From Octopus vulgaris (taxonomy: Eukaryota), in contig OX597824.1 in NCBI GenBank assembly GCA_951406725.2, forward strand, positions 78,368,001 through 78,432,000: 64,000 nucleotides of DNA, in the 5' to 3' direction. Shown one piece after another: positions 29,322 to 43,040 of the stretch (position 1 is the first letter of the stretch; each line of letters opens with the position of its first letter). The notes under the pieces are model-generated. The model saw only the letters and a list, made by a program, of their open reading frames with translations. It made no database searches and was not told the DNA's origin. A program made the translations under genes and the position numbers.

Positions 29322-29652
29322 CAAGAGGCGAGGTAAAATATCCAGGCAGATACCGAATTTCTCTGAGTAGAAAGCCAAGGGCGGTTCATTCTGATGGTGT
29401 GTTTTTAGTAATCTTTCTTCAGCTTTCATCCGATGTTCCAGTATATTTCTTGGCTATTACCAGTACAAAACTGGTAATAAGAAAGATGAAGAATTTGAAC
29501 CTTAACACTTTATGTTTATTTGTGTGTGCATGTATGTGTGTGTGTGCGTGCGTGTGTGTATGCCTACTTATGCACGTCGATAACACGCATATTTGTTGTA
29601 GGTACGTGTTTCACTTTAGTATGTTTCTCACATTTTTACATCTTATACATGG

Positions 29653-30038
29653 ATGGAAGCATTCCGTCGGTTACGACGACGAGGGTTCCGGTTGATCCGA
29701 ATCAACGGAACAGCCTGCTCGTGAAATTAACGTGTAAGTGGCTGAGCACTCCACAGACACGTGTACCCTTAACGTAGTTCTCGGGGATATTCAGCGTGAC
29801 ACAGAGAGTGACGAGGCCGGCCCCTTGAAATACAGGTACAACAGAAACAGGAAGTAAGAGTGAGAGAAAGTTGTGGTGAAAGAGTACAGCAGGGATCATC
29901 ACCATCCCCTGCCGGAGCCTCGTGGAGCTTTAGGTGTTTTCGCTCAATAAACACTCACAACGCCCGGTCTGGGAATCGAAATCGCGATCCTATGACCGCG
30001 AGTCCGCTGCCCTAACCACTGGGCCATTGCGCCTCCAC
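29653..30038 (-). mobile_element. SINE family C, full length
   Basis: Same family sequence as 10781-11170. Confidence 0.9.
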
Positions 30039-30303
30039 ATCTTATATATGGCTGTGTATGTGTCTGTGCTCGTGTGCGTATGTCTGTGTGTGTTTACGTG
30101 TACAAATCTGCGTTTGAGAGACGACTATGGATGAATTCAATCATTTATATTAATAATTTTTTCGTAGTTTCTTAACAGAGCTTTTTATTTTGTGTGTACC
30201 AATAGCGTTCCGAAAAATATAAATCCATTAACGTTTCAAACCTTCTGTCAATTTATCTGTCTGTATGTCTCTATGTATGTAATGTAATGTATATATGCAT
30301 GTA

Positions 30304-30395
<92 letters not shown>

Positions 30396-30689
30396 CAGGG
30401 TGCGTAAATAGATTGTCGTCTAAATTATGAAAATATGACATCTCATTTTATATATATTTACAAAATTACATAAAAATATCTTGAAATATAAAACGTTGAT
30501 TTTTCTCAGGAAGATCGCCATTGACGAAAAGTCAAGTCAGACGTTCGTGCTGCATCGCATCGCTCGACTGGGACATCTGGCGTGAAAGAAGTACATTGGT
30601 CTGGACAGTCACTTGAACGGTCTATCTATATATATATATATATCCATCTATACATATATACATGCATATATACATAGATACATACATAT

Positions 30690-31275
30690 AGAGTGCGGTA
30701 AATAGATTGTCGTCTAAATTACGCAAAAATGAAAATAATACTGACATCTCATTTTAACAGATATTACTTACCAAAGTTACATAAAAATATCTTCAACCAC
30801 GGCCTCCAGACGATTTCGGAATTTTCTACAATACTTCTGGACGGTTTACGTTGATGAATGCTGCCATAATCGTTCCCTTCAGTTCATCTTTGGTGTTACA
30901 AGGGATTTTGTTGGTCTCTCGTTCAACTGTGCCCCACACATAATAATCAAGTAGGTTGCAGTCTGGAGAGTTAGGTGGGCAGATGTTCGGGGCGATATGG
31001 TCACAGTAATTGTCTGACAGCCATGACTGGCTTCTCCTGATTGTGTGGTATGGTGCAGAGTCCTGCTGCCAGACATAGGGTCTTCCAGCAGCTACCCTCT
31101 TGACCCAGGGCACCACTACCCCCTGCAGGCACTAGATGTAGGCCTCCGTGTAGAGTGTGAGACCATATGGCAAGATGAATGGAGGCATGATGTCATATCG
31201 TTGCCATCACTTCTGATCACTCCAAACACCATGATACTGGCTGGATGTTTGATATCTATCACTCACTGTAAGATT
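30690..31275 (-). mobile_element. Tc1/mariner DD37D (maT-like) transposase remnant
   Basis: ORF 30826-31116 with WQQDSAPYH...PPNSPDCNLLDYYVW; a second copy of the terminus lies at about 30395. Confidence 0.8.
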
Positions 31276-31459
31276 GCATTGTCCTCAGATGGAGACCCAA
31301 TCACTCTGAAATATTCGTATTGGAACATCCGGTGCGAATGCCAAGCAGTACAGCGTGTCATTTCCGAATTTCTGGCAAAGTGAATTGTATCATGGTGCTG
31401 TGTTTTGTCTCAGACAAATGTATATATATATATATGTATATATATATTGTCTCAGACAA

Positions 31460-31536
<77 letters not shown>

Positions 31537-31550
31537 TAGATACGTAGATC

Positions 31551-31640
<90 letters not shown>

Positions 31641-31663
31641 GATAAAGATATAGATATAGATAA

Positions 31664-32000
31664 GTGAAGGCGCATGGCTCAGTGGTTAGAGCATCTAGCT
31701 TACGATCGTTAGGTTGTTAGTTCGAATCCCGGACTGGGCTGCATGTTGTGTTCTTGAGCAAGACACTTTATTTCACGTTGCTCCAGTTTACTCAGCTGTA
31801 GAAATGAGTTGCGACGTCACTGATGCCAAGCTTTGTCGGCCTTTGCCTTTCTCTTCGATAACATCGGTGGCGTGAAGAGGAGAGGCTGGTATGCATAGGC
31901 GATTGCTGGTCTTCCATAAACAACCTTGCCCAGACTTGTGCCTGGGAGGATAACTTTCTAGGGGCAATCCCACGGTCATTCATGACCGAAGAGGGTCTCA
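31664..32000 (+). mobile_element. SINE family D, full length
   Basis: ggcgcatggctcagtggttagagc (A box) and gttcgaatcc (B box). Confidence 0.88.
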
Positions 32001-32034
32001 ATATATATATGCGTATTTGTGTATATATAAATAT

Positions 32035-32430
32035 ATATATATATAAAATATTAGAAAAAAACACCTTTTATCAATTCAAAATGAATAATTAAATTACACC
32101 ATCTAGAAAATGACTTATAATAGAAAAGTTAAAATTAAAATAACAGTTAAAAAGTAATGATTAAGTAAATTACAAGAATAATGTAATGTATATAATAGGT
32201 GTATAATAACAATTAAAAAGTAAAGATTAAATAAATTACAAGAATAATGTAATGTATATAATAATTATATTATATACATTACATTATTCTTGTAATTTAC
32301 TTAATCTTTACTTTTTAATTGTTATTTTAATTTTAATTTTTCTATTATATGTAATTTTCTAGATGGTGTAATTTAATTATTCATTTTGAATTGATAAAAG
32401 GTGGGGTTTTTTCTAATATTTTATATATAT
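32035..32430. repeat. AT-rich inverted repeat with arms of about 165 bp
   Basis: ccttttatcaattcaaaatgaataattaaattacaccatctagaaaat is present in both orientations. Confidence 0.85.
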
Positions 32431-32609
32431 TATATTGTGTGGAATTTGATTTAGTATTTCTCAATTGAATTCTTTTTCCTTGTAAGTTTGGATTTTATTC
32501 CCTCAAATAATAATTATAAATATATATATATATATATATATAGGGATAGATAAAATTAAATGGAGATACAATTGACAAATTGACAATCCAATAATTTAAT
32601 TATAACACA

Positions 32610-32830
32610 GGGTGGTGAGCTGGCAGAAACGTTAGCATGCGGGCGAAATGCCTAGCCGTATTTCGTCAGCCGTTACGTTCTGAGTTCAAATTCCGCCGTG
32701 GTCGACGTTGCCTTTCATCCTTTCGGTGGCGATTAAATAAGTACCAGTTACGCACTGGGGTCGATGTAATCAACTTAAACCCTTTGTGTGTGTCCTGTAT
32801 GTTTAGCCCCTGCGGGCAATAAAGAAATAA
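32610..32830 (+). mobile_element. SINE family B
   Basis: gagctggcagaaacgttagca head, gagttcaaattcc B box, family core. Confidence 0.85.
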
Positions 32831-32872
32831 ATAAAACATAAGTTAAGCTAAACAATTATTAAAACTTCAAAA

Positions 32873-32948
32873 GACCAACGATTTGTTTCGACTTGCATAT
32901 ATTTTTTGATATATAAACAATTCCCTTATACATAAGTCTCATCAGAGC
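32873..32948 (-). ncRNA. Type I hammerhead-ribozyme-like motif
   Basis: gct-CTGATGA-gactt...aagtc-GAAAC-aaatc-GTT-ggt. Confidence 0.6.
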
Positions 32949-32992
32949 AGCATTTATGATATAAGTGTGAAGGAATTATGCACCTTATTTTG

Positions 32993-33036
<44 letters not shown>

Positions 33037-33037
33037 C

Positions 33038-33208
33038 AGCAGGAGTGGCTGTGTGGTAAGTAGCTTGCTAACCAACCACATGGTTCCGGGTTCAGTCCCA
33101 CTGCATGGCATCTTGGGCAAGTGTCTTCTACTATAGCCCCGCGCCGACCAATGCCTTATGAGTGGATTTGGTAGACGGAAACTGAAAGAATGCCTGTCGT
33201 ATATATGT

Positions 33209-33266
<58 letters not shown>

Positions 33267-33468
33267 ATGTTTGTGTGTCTGTGTTTGTCCCCATAGCATT
33301 GCTTGACAACCGATTCTGGTGTGTTTACGTCCCCGTCAATTAGCGGTTCGGCAAAAAGAGACCGATAGAATAAGTACTGGGCTTACAAAGAATAAGTCCT
33401 GGGGTCGATTTGCTCGACTAAAGGTGGTGCTCCAGCATGGCCGCAGTCAAATGACTGAAACAAGTAAA
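33038..33468 (+). mobile_element. SINE family A, full length
   Basis: gcaggagtggctgtgtggtaag...gggttcagtccc...cttgggcaagtg (CORE-like)...gactgaaacaagtaa. Confidence 0.9.
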
Positions 33469-33500
33469 ATAAAAAAATAAATTTTTTTAAAATAATAATA

Positions 33501-33531
<31 letters not shown>

Positions 33532-33940
33532 TGTATGTATGTATGTATGTATGTATGTGTGTGTGTGTCTGTCTGTGGATGTATGTATGTATGTATGTAT
33601 GTATGTATGTATGTATGTAGGCATGCATGCATATAAATATATGTGTATGTATATATTATTCATCTATATGTCGGTCAAACACATGCTCACTTACTATCGT
33701 GCACGCATACAAATGTGTATCTGTTTTGAGTGTGCATGTGTGTTTGTGTGTACGTGTGCATGTATGTGTGTACGTGTGTGTGTGTTTGTGTGTATGTGTG
33801 TTTGTTTGTGTGTATGTGTGGTAGTTTGTGTGTTTGTATGTGTGTATTTGTGTATGTGCGCGTGTGTGTATTCGTGTATGTGCGCATGCGCATGTGTGTG
33901 TGTGTGTGTGTGTGTGTGTCACGTGCCTCTTGGAACACAG

Positions 33941-34165
33941 GTGGAAGCTGTACTGGCAACTTTATTCGCTTTGGACACCATTGACGTTGGAGAGGATGTA
34001 GACTCGACAAATTAATGAAATTCCATAATCAACCCTGGAGAAAAACTTGCCACTTGCAGATATAATGTCAACGCTGACAGATGCACACTTGTAATTTCAA
34101 AGAAGCAATGACAGGCATACAGTGTGAACACGGCATGCTTGAGGGTGACAAGTTATCGTGAACTG
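33941..34165 (+). other. Candidate exon 3 (non-coding or UTR)
   Basis: Acceptor acacAG and a consensus donor G|GTGAGT; stops in all three frames. Confidence 0.45.
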
Positions 34166-34208
34166 GTGAGTAAATACTGGGCAATCAGTTGAATAGCTTT
34201 ATTTTAAA

Positions 34209-34518
34209 CTAGCAGTATCGCCCGGCGTTGCTCGGGTTTGTAAGGGAAATAACTATATAAGCATTGTTAGAGAGTTACTTCCCTTATATAAAACCGAGCG
34301 AAAAATGGATTAAAAATGCGGAAAAAACGATGGTAAATTTTTTTTTTTTAATCGTAGACTCATCGTAGACGCGCGCTAATACCCAGAAGGGCTCGATATG
34401 AATCACGACTATAAGATACCCGGTTTTGGTTAAACTGCACTGCAAAATGTGGGAGTAGTTAGGAATCTAAATCGAAGGGGACAGACACTCACACAACTAC
34501 AGTTTTATACATAAAGAT
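34209..34518 (-). mobile_element. Non-autonomous Helitron
   Basis: Minus strand begins tctttatgtataaaa and ends with hairpin cccgagcaacgccggg plus CTAG; body matches 46400-46635. Confidence 0.85.
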
Positions 34519-34636
34519 GACGTGAAAGACATTTGCGTGGGTAGCAGCAACAGCTGCATTTATGATATGAGGTTATTACTCTAATATGGATGTTATATAC
34601 GTTTCATAGTCTAGCAAATTATTAAAACGAAAGTGT

Positions 34637-34795
34637 AGGAGTGGCTGTGTGGTAAGTAGCTTGCTTATGAACCACATGGTTCCGGGTTCAGTCCCACTGC
34701 ATGGCACCTTGGGCAAGTGTCTTTTAATATAGCCTCGGGAGACGACCAAAGCCTTGTGAGTGGATTTGGTAGACGGAAAATGAAAGAAGCCCGTC

Positions 34796-34836
<41 letters not shown>

Positions 34837-34939
34837 CCAATTAAGGACTGAACACGAAAAGTGGACAGTCAACATGCTAGATATAGACGTCAAATCGCCA
34901 TTCTCCAGAAAGATTATGTTCTCAAATAAAAAAATTCAG

Positions 34940-34979
<40 letters not shown>

Positions 34980-34981
34980 CA

Positions 34982-35023
<42 letters not shown>

Positions 35024-35077
35024 GTCGTGATTCATATCGATTCTGGGTATTATCTACGATAGTCTACGATTTAAATT

Positions 35078-35115
<38 letters not shown>

Positions 35116-35117
35116 CA

Positions 35118-35210
<93 letters not shown>

Positions 35211-35463
35211 GTATGTATGTGTGTGAGAGAGAGAGAGAATGTGTGTGTGTATGTTTGTGTGTCTGGGTTTGTCCCCCCAACATCGTTTGACAACCGATGC
35301 TGGTGTGTTTACGTCTCCGTAACTTAGCGGTTCGGCAAAAAAGACCGATAGAATAAATGCTAGGCTTACAAAGAATAAGTCCGGGGGTCGATTTGCTCGA
35401 CTGAAGGCGGTGCTCCAGCATGGCCACAGTCACATGACTGAAACAAGTAAAAGAGTAAAAGAG
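34637..35463 (+). mobile_element. SINE family A with secondary insertions in its internal microsatellite
   Basis: Head at 34637-34797 and tail at 35240-35463, separated by (TA)n containing a foreign piece (34836-34940) and a Helitron-like piece (about 35018-35075). Confidence 0.8.
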
Positions 35464-36293
35464 TTCTCGGCTGAATCTTGGTGACACCTCTCGTGTATGA
35501 GATGCTACTTCATGTATGTGATACGCAGCATGGCCGAGTGGTTAAAAGCAATCGGTTCGCAGTCATGAGACCTCGAGTTCAAACCCCATACATCATCAAG
35601 AACACGTGTATTTTATCATAGCTTTGAGTGAAATTGCAAAAATGAATTGTACAATACTTATAATTCGAAGGATTTCTTTGTCAGACACTACATCAAGCTT
35701 ATCCTTCCTGAAAATCACATATGGGTAGCCGTGACTGTGGAATACCCAACCACTTACACGCTAATACAATGATCGGGATGTACAGTCGGTTGAACAATTG
35801 AATCAGTCATCGTCGAAACCGACGGAATCCATTACTGTATGTGCGTGTGGTACTGAGAAGTCCTCATTTGACTGTTCATGATTGCCTTTTATTTCAAATT
35901 TATTTTGAAAGTTTTAATGAAAAGAGACGAAGATTGCTTTGAACGGGTGTTTCTCTGGTAACTGTAACCATTATTGATGGGGTGGAGTGCAGTGGCGGCA
36001 GCATTTAGTCTCAGGTCAGTCCTGATCTACCTACGATCAAAGTTATTTCCATTGACCACCCTGTCCACTTATCCTATGTGCAAAGAAATCTCAGATCTTA
36101 TTATTCAAAGTGTTTATTATATTTAAGACAGTGAGTGTAGGTTACAACTGGGAAAAACATTTGGCTTCTATAACAGCGTAACCCAAAGGAAACACGGATC
36201 AATTAGGCGTTTGATCAAAATGCATAACAGAAATGAACATCCGTCTTTTGCGACCTTCATTACCGAGTGTAACTGTCCGTTTTTAAGACGGCA

Positions 36294-36331
36294 ATCGCTT
36301 CTCGGTCTTTTGGCTAAGATCAAAGTGCAGT
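36294..36331 (+). pseudogene. U2: 3'-truncated U2 snRNA retrocopy
   Basis: atcgcttctcggtcttttggctaagatcaaagtgcagt matches the U2 5' end with 2 apparent substitutions; TSD ttaagacggca at 36283-36293 and 36334-36344. Confidence 0.9.
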
Positions 36332-36903
36332 TATTAAGACGGCAATATTTGCTTTGAATGCGACATATTTACTATTTCTAGCCACCATTTCCTGGTTCCT
36401 TCCTCGCAGATTACAAACAAGACGGCACTGGCCAAGCTGACCTATACTCAAAGAGATTCCTACTACGAACATCCTTCCTTTATTCGGTCATATTGTACAA
36501 TGGAATTCACTACTGTAACTCTCAAATTAGTTTTCTAAATTTTGTCAGCCTGGGTTAGTGGCGGTGACTTATTTGGTGGAGATTTGGCTGCTATTTATAT
36601 CTATTATAAATTAATCAGAGAAACCGGTTCAGCATCACTCGTTGCCTCATAGCGATGAAACTAATATTGAAATAAGCTCGCAGCGTGTGAATTAAGCCAT
36701 TAACCGATTTTCTGTAGTATTATTTAATTTATTTTTGACTTCCAATTCAGACGATAAAATTTAGTGAGTTTAGAGAAAATAAAAATGGGGAAAGACAAAG
36801 ACTACGCAGTAAAATTGATTCCAGTAACAAGCTGCTGGGATCCTAGCGCATATAGAAGTGTTAAAATTTACAAAGTAACATCAATAATCTGTGGCGTTGT
36901 AGC

Positions 36904-37265
<362 letters not shown>

Positions 37266-37441
37266 AAGGCGACGAGCCAGGAGAATCGTTAGCACTCCCG
37301 GCCGAAATGCGTAGAAGTATTTCGTTTGCCACTACGATCTGTGTTCAAACTCCACCAGGGTCGATGTAATCGACACATCCCCTCTCCCAAAAAGGCTACC
37401 TTTGTGGCAAAATTTGAAACCATTATCATTACTACTACTAC

Positions 37442-37490
<49 letters not shown>

Positions 37491-37496
37491 TAAGAC

Positions 37497-37820
37497 GTCG
37501 CACAGTATCCGATATCGTGATGTTATTGATTGAAGATATCGTGTCACTGGGGGTTTGCGCTGTCTCTCAAGTCAGAGCAAGGACCTCAAACAGACACTTC
37601 TTTACACACTATGCGTTCTGTTCCAAGTAATGCCGATTTTTGCAATACATCTAGTTTGTAGGGTATTTCTAAAGTTTCCAGATGTTTCTTCAGGTTGGGA
37701 GATATTGAACCCAATGCTCCGATGGCAATAGGGACAAGCTTTATGTTTGAATCTCGAAACGGCTAGGCCTTAGCAATCTCAGTTCTTAGGTCTACATACT
37801 TATCAAACTTTTTCTTTTTC
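37497..37820 (-). mobile_element. R4/Dong-like 3' end (RLE endonuclease tail) abutting (TAA)n
   Basis: Minus-strand KFDKYVDLRTEI..VPIAIGALG..LQKSALLGT. Confidence 0.75.
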
Positions 37821-37859
37821 AAATTTTTAACGGAAAGAAAAAGGTCAATAAATACTTAC

Positions 37860-39070
37860 CATTACATTTTTAATCAACCAGATATGAACCATTTTGTTGC
37901 ACAATGCGTTTCCCTCTTTCCTTTTACTTGAAAATACCCTATTCCCAGAATTGAGGTGGTTTCATGTCAAAGAATTCATGAAGGTATCTTTTTACGTCAT
38001 CCAAGGAATTGTAATTTTTACCATTAAGACTATTCTGCAGAGATCTGAATAAGTGGAAATCCGAAGGAGTAATATCTGGCGAATATGGAAGGTGGGGTAG
38101 CACATCCCAGCCGAGCCACAGCAATTTTTTCTGGTTCCCAAAGAAACGTGCGGTTGTGCATTATCATGTTGGAAAACAACACCCTTCCTGTTGGCCAATT
38201 TTAGACGTTTCTCTTGAATTGCTGCTTTTAACTCGTCCAGTTGTGTGCAGTATTTCTGAGAATTAATTGTTTGGTTACTTGGGAGAAGCTCATAGCACAG
38301 AATTCCTTTCCAATCCCACCAGACACAAAGCAAGACTTTTTAGGGTGAAGACTCGCTTTTGGGGTGGCTATGGATGGTTCATTTCGCTTACTCCAGGATC
38401 GCTTTCTCTGAACATTTCGGTAGATAATCCTTTTCTCATCACCTGTCAGAATTTGCTTTAAAAAGCGCGTTCTCATTCCGTTTGTAAAGCGAATCACAGA
38501 TGCGATCCAAAAGGTTCTTCTCACTCAATTCATGTGGTACCCAAACACCATAGCAATTTGTGTACCCCAGCTTTACCAGGTGCTTATGAACGACGGATTT
38601 TGATAGGTTGAGGCTTTCTGCCAATTCTCGGGTTGTGCAATGTGGGTTATTCTCAATTAATGACTTGATTTGGAGTGGATCGCTCTTTATCAATAGCCTG
38701 ATCGCTCTTTATCAATAAGGCTACAATCTCCAGCTCGGAATCTTGCGAACCACTTCCGTACAGTTCTTTCGGATAAAGAAACATCACCGTAAACTGCGCA
38801 TATTTCTTTTGTTGCTTGCGAGGCATTTTCCCTTTTCGGAAAAAGAAAAGCATCAAATGCCGAATATGAACTTTCTTATCTTTCATTTTAAAGGGTTACA
38901 GTATTAACACAGGCTATAGGAACATAAACCTTCTTCCACGAAAAGATAGCTTAAACTGTGCTCTAAAATGAGGTGTAGTCAAATCCTATTTTATGGACTC
39001 AACCATGTTCTAAAATAAGCCGAAAGGTAAGCTACTATAAATCGGCACGAACTTTCCGGACAACCCAATA
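37860..39070 (-). mobile_element. Near-full-length frameshifted mariner transposon
   Basis: MKDKKVHIRHLMLFFFRKGK, WVPHELSEKN, TGDEK, MLCVWWD, HDNA, YSPDITPSDFHLF; 5' TIR tattgggttgtccggaaagttcgtgccgatt; 3' TIR not found. Confidence 0.92.
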
Positions 39071-39311
39071 TTCTAAAAATGTGTGTTAGTTTGCTTTCCT
39101 CTTTTCAGCATACTGTGTATATATAGTAAAAAATATTGTATGTGGTAAGACGATCTAAAGTCTATATTTCGGCATATTGGCATAGAATTTTTTTTTTCTT
39201 TTGCCTTCATTCATAATTGTTTATATTTTCATCTTGAAAGATATAAAGATATTTTAGTATGCTGGCCACAGGTATTTTTTTTTTTTGAAAAATGTTATCC
39301 TTACATTCGAA

Positions 39312-39351
<40 letters not shown>

Positions 39352-39550
39352 CTGTTGAAATTTGGGAGGAGCATTATGCCAGTAATAATAAATACACGTA
39401 CTAGGTCGGTGCTTTATTGTTAGTGTTAATTAATGGGTTAGTTCATGTGTTTACTACTGCCGGCATAATGCCCCTCCCAAAGTTCAATAGTATTTCTTTC
39501 TACACACGAATTCACATCAAGAATCTTGCAAGTCAAATACAAATACGAAC

Positions 39551-39597
<47 letters not shown>

Positions 39598-40359
39598 TGT
39601 ATAAATGTATGTATGCATGTATGTATGTAAGTATATATTTCACCGGAAATAACGGTAAAAACTCTTATTTAAATACCATGATAACGCGTGCTGGTAACGC
39701 GTGGTGAGGATGCTGAGGCTATTCTGCCAGTCCAGAAACCGGTCCAAGTGAGTCCAAATACTTGAATGTATGCTGTGAGATTGTCTTAGACCCTTTACCT
39801 TCGAACAGTTGATTTCTGTAGTTATTGTCAGCGTATTTTAGCGACTTAAATAAGATTTTTGACTGTTATTTCCAACGGGGAGACATACTTAGTATGTACT
39901 TTAATTAATTTTAATCCTTCGGTTATTCAATGCCTTTTTGGGGCCTGCAATCGCCTATATTAATGATTCTGTTATTATCATTTTTAAATTGTTACACTAG
40001 ATAATAACTGAGTCAATGATATCTTCGCAAATTATTTTCTCGTAAATTACTTTTCTCGTGGATTATTTGCTCCGTATACATATATATGTGTATATATATA
40101 TACGATAAACTTATATATGAGTGTTTCTGTGTGTTTGATAAATTGCTCCTTGACTGCGTACAAATATTTGTCCATCATTATTCTAAGCCAGATAATCAAA
40201 TATATAAAAAATCAATAGTGATACTTTTTTTTTAGTTTATCTCTGCTTTTGTCTGAAATGCCGAACCAAGTAGGCATCTTACCTTTTTATTTTTGTTTTG
40301 CAATGTTCAAATAATTGCGTAGCCAAACCTTGAATTTATTGAATTAAATACATGCCATT

Positions 40360-40777
40360 AAAAAGAAAGCTTGATTATCTAGAGACAGCAGAACAGGTTC
40401 TTGGAAACGTATTTCTGCGTCGCTACACTTCATCAGTATAACAGTTGTCCTATGCTATCTCCATCAAACATAGTACTCAGACATATACAAGTATCAGTAC
40501 ATATCTAGCCATCTAGATGTATATGTAAATGTAGATATATTTATGTGTGTTTGTGTATGTATGTATGTATGTATGTATATATTATTTATATTATATATAT
40601 ATATATATAAGTATATGAAAGAATGGAGTTGAACGACTAGTTAACAAATATCCTTTATTCTCGACATATGTTTCGAAGGCTGTGTTTCAACCGTGTTCTT
40701 TCTGATGTGAATTTGCTACCCAGGTATTGGTTATCTTTCGAATTATCCTTAATAAGATAATTCATTCAATTACTCAA

Positions 40778-40807
<30 letters not shown>
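40360..40807 (-). mobile_element. TSD-flanked composite of two Penelope-type hammerhead-bearing ends
   Basis: TSD aatacatgccatt at 40347-40359 and 40808-40820; first part is duplicated at 44841-45100; second part is homologous to 60719-60790. Confidence 0.65.
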
Positions 40808-40808
<1 letters not shown>

Positions 40809-41260
40809 ATACATGCCATTCAAATAGTCTCATTTTCTTAATAATTATGTCAATTGTTCTTAACAAACACGTATATGTAACACTTATTTTATACATAAAA
40901 ATATACATAATTTGTCTACTCGCCTGCAGGCTTGACCAAACTACTACACTGTAAAATTGTCCGAAACGTATATGTAGTTCTCCTTTGCCTGCAATCGAAG
41001 GATAGCCTGTTCTTACACACTTCAGAAACCTATGAATTCATTGACATTGTTCCCTTCATTCGTCTTTGACTGCTGCTAACAGTTGCTACTAGTTTCAGTT
41101 TCGGGATTCAGGGTATACTAAGATAATCCTACACAGACACACAGATGTGTGTGAGTGTGTGAGTATTTGTGCGTGTGTTCGCACGTGCATGTATGAATAT
41201 ATACATGAATTGAATAATATATTTATATGTATATACGTTTCTTCAGCACTTCAGGAAGAC

Positions 41261-41347
<87 letters not shown>

Positions 41348-41378
41348 TGTGTCTGTGTGTCTGTGTCTGTGTGTGTGT

Positions 41379-41411
<33 letters not shown>

Positions 41412-41418
<7 letters not shown>

Positions 41419-41619
41419 AAAAGTTTGTCTTTAAAGGCATCACGAAATACCTGATTAGAGTGCCAATCTTACGAGTTCTTGTTCAGGGCTTAGAAAATCT
41501 AAAGGGCCGCTACACTGTGTGAATTTGAGAGGGAAATACGTTCAATAAAATCATAATTAACCGGGACCCCTATAGTTTCTTTTAGCCAAAGCCAGGAACT
41601 TTTCAGCACTCTCTCTCGT
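41412..41619. mobile_element. Mariner-like MITE
   Basis: Termini gtgctgaaaagtt / aacttttcagcac; related ends at 42935 and 62478-62697. Confidence 0.6.
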
Positions 41620-41638
41620 CTGTGTGTGTGTGCGTATT

Positions 41639-41740
<102 letters not shown>

Positions 41741-42039
41741 TGTGTGTGTGTGTATGAGTGTGTGTATGTATATCAGTATATCATTGTTCAATTTTATTTC
41801 AAGATTTCTTGCCAATAGAGAAAGAGTCGGTTTCTAACCTAGATCCAAGGTTCCATCATGGGAATTTCAACATCAGTTACAGGGTATTTTTGTATGTATG
41901 TATGTATGTATGTATGTATGTATGTATGTATGTACGTATATGTGCAGATTTGTATGTTTTGCTTTATGTATGTATCCACATGCATATAGTTGCATTTCTA
42001 GACATGCTCATATATATATCTATACGATAAACTTCTGGC

Positions 42040-42325
42040 AAGTTTTACAGATTGTTACAGTTCCAGTGAAGGATTGGATGTGTAGTATTCGAATTAGCTT
42101 ACTCCTTTCTGGTTTTTAAGAAGCCTACTTTCTCAAGATTGATATTTATGCAGTGTGTTACATATCCCAGATCCCTAATAATCGCAGGTATAAAACTGAA
42201 TTTGTAATCTGGATAGAGTGACTGCACATATTTCAGTAGTTCAACGTAGGTATTCTCGTTATCACTGATCTTCAGCTTTATGTTAACATCTACTGGGCAG
42301 CTAATTTCCACAATTGTACACATGT
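42040..42325 (-). mobile_element. RLE-type non-LTR endonuclease fragment
   Basis: CTIVEISCPVDVNI..ENTYVEL..FIPAII..LG resembles the R4-type RLE domain. Confidence 0.6.
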
Positions 42326-42378
42326 ATCTGCCTAATACACACACATGTGCACATGCATGCACGCATACATATGCGTTC

Positions 42379-42446
<68 letters not shown>

Positions 42447-42554
42447 AACTATATGCACGAGAAACGAGAATACATGCATAAAGCAAAACATACAAGTCTG
42501 CACATATACGTAAATACATACATACATACATACATACATACATACATACATACA

Positions 42555-42588
<34 letters not shown>

Positions 42589-42729
42589 CATGCATGCATA
42601 CATACATATATACAGACAAAAATACGCTGTTACTGATGTTGAAATTTCAATGAAGGAAACTTAGATCTAGGTTAGAAACCGATTCTTTCTCTATTGGCAA
42701 GAAATCTTGAAATAAAATTGAACAATGAT

Positions 42730-42782
<53 letters not shown>

Positions 42783-42863
42783 AACACATACATACATATA
42801 TACATGCATATATATATACATATACATATACATACATACATACATACATATATATATATATAA

Positions 42864-42937
<74 letters not shown>

Positions 42938-43040
42938 GAGAGAGTGCTGAAAAGTTCCTGGCTTTGGCTAAAAGAAACTGCAAGGGGATCAGTTAATTAT
43001 GATTTTATTGAACGTGTCTTGAGATAGATAGATAGATAGA

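Noticed and set aside
36294-36331. Functional U2 snRNA gene
   Set aside because: Only about 38 nt, no Sm site or 3' stem-loops, and flanked by a TSD.
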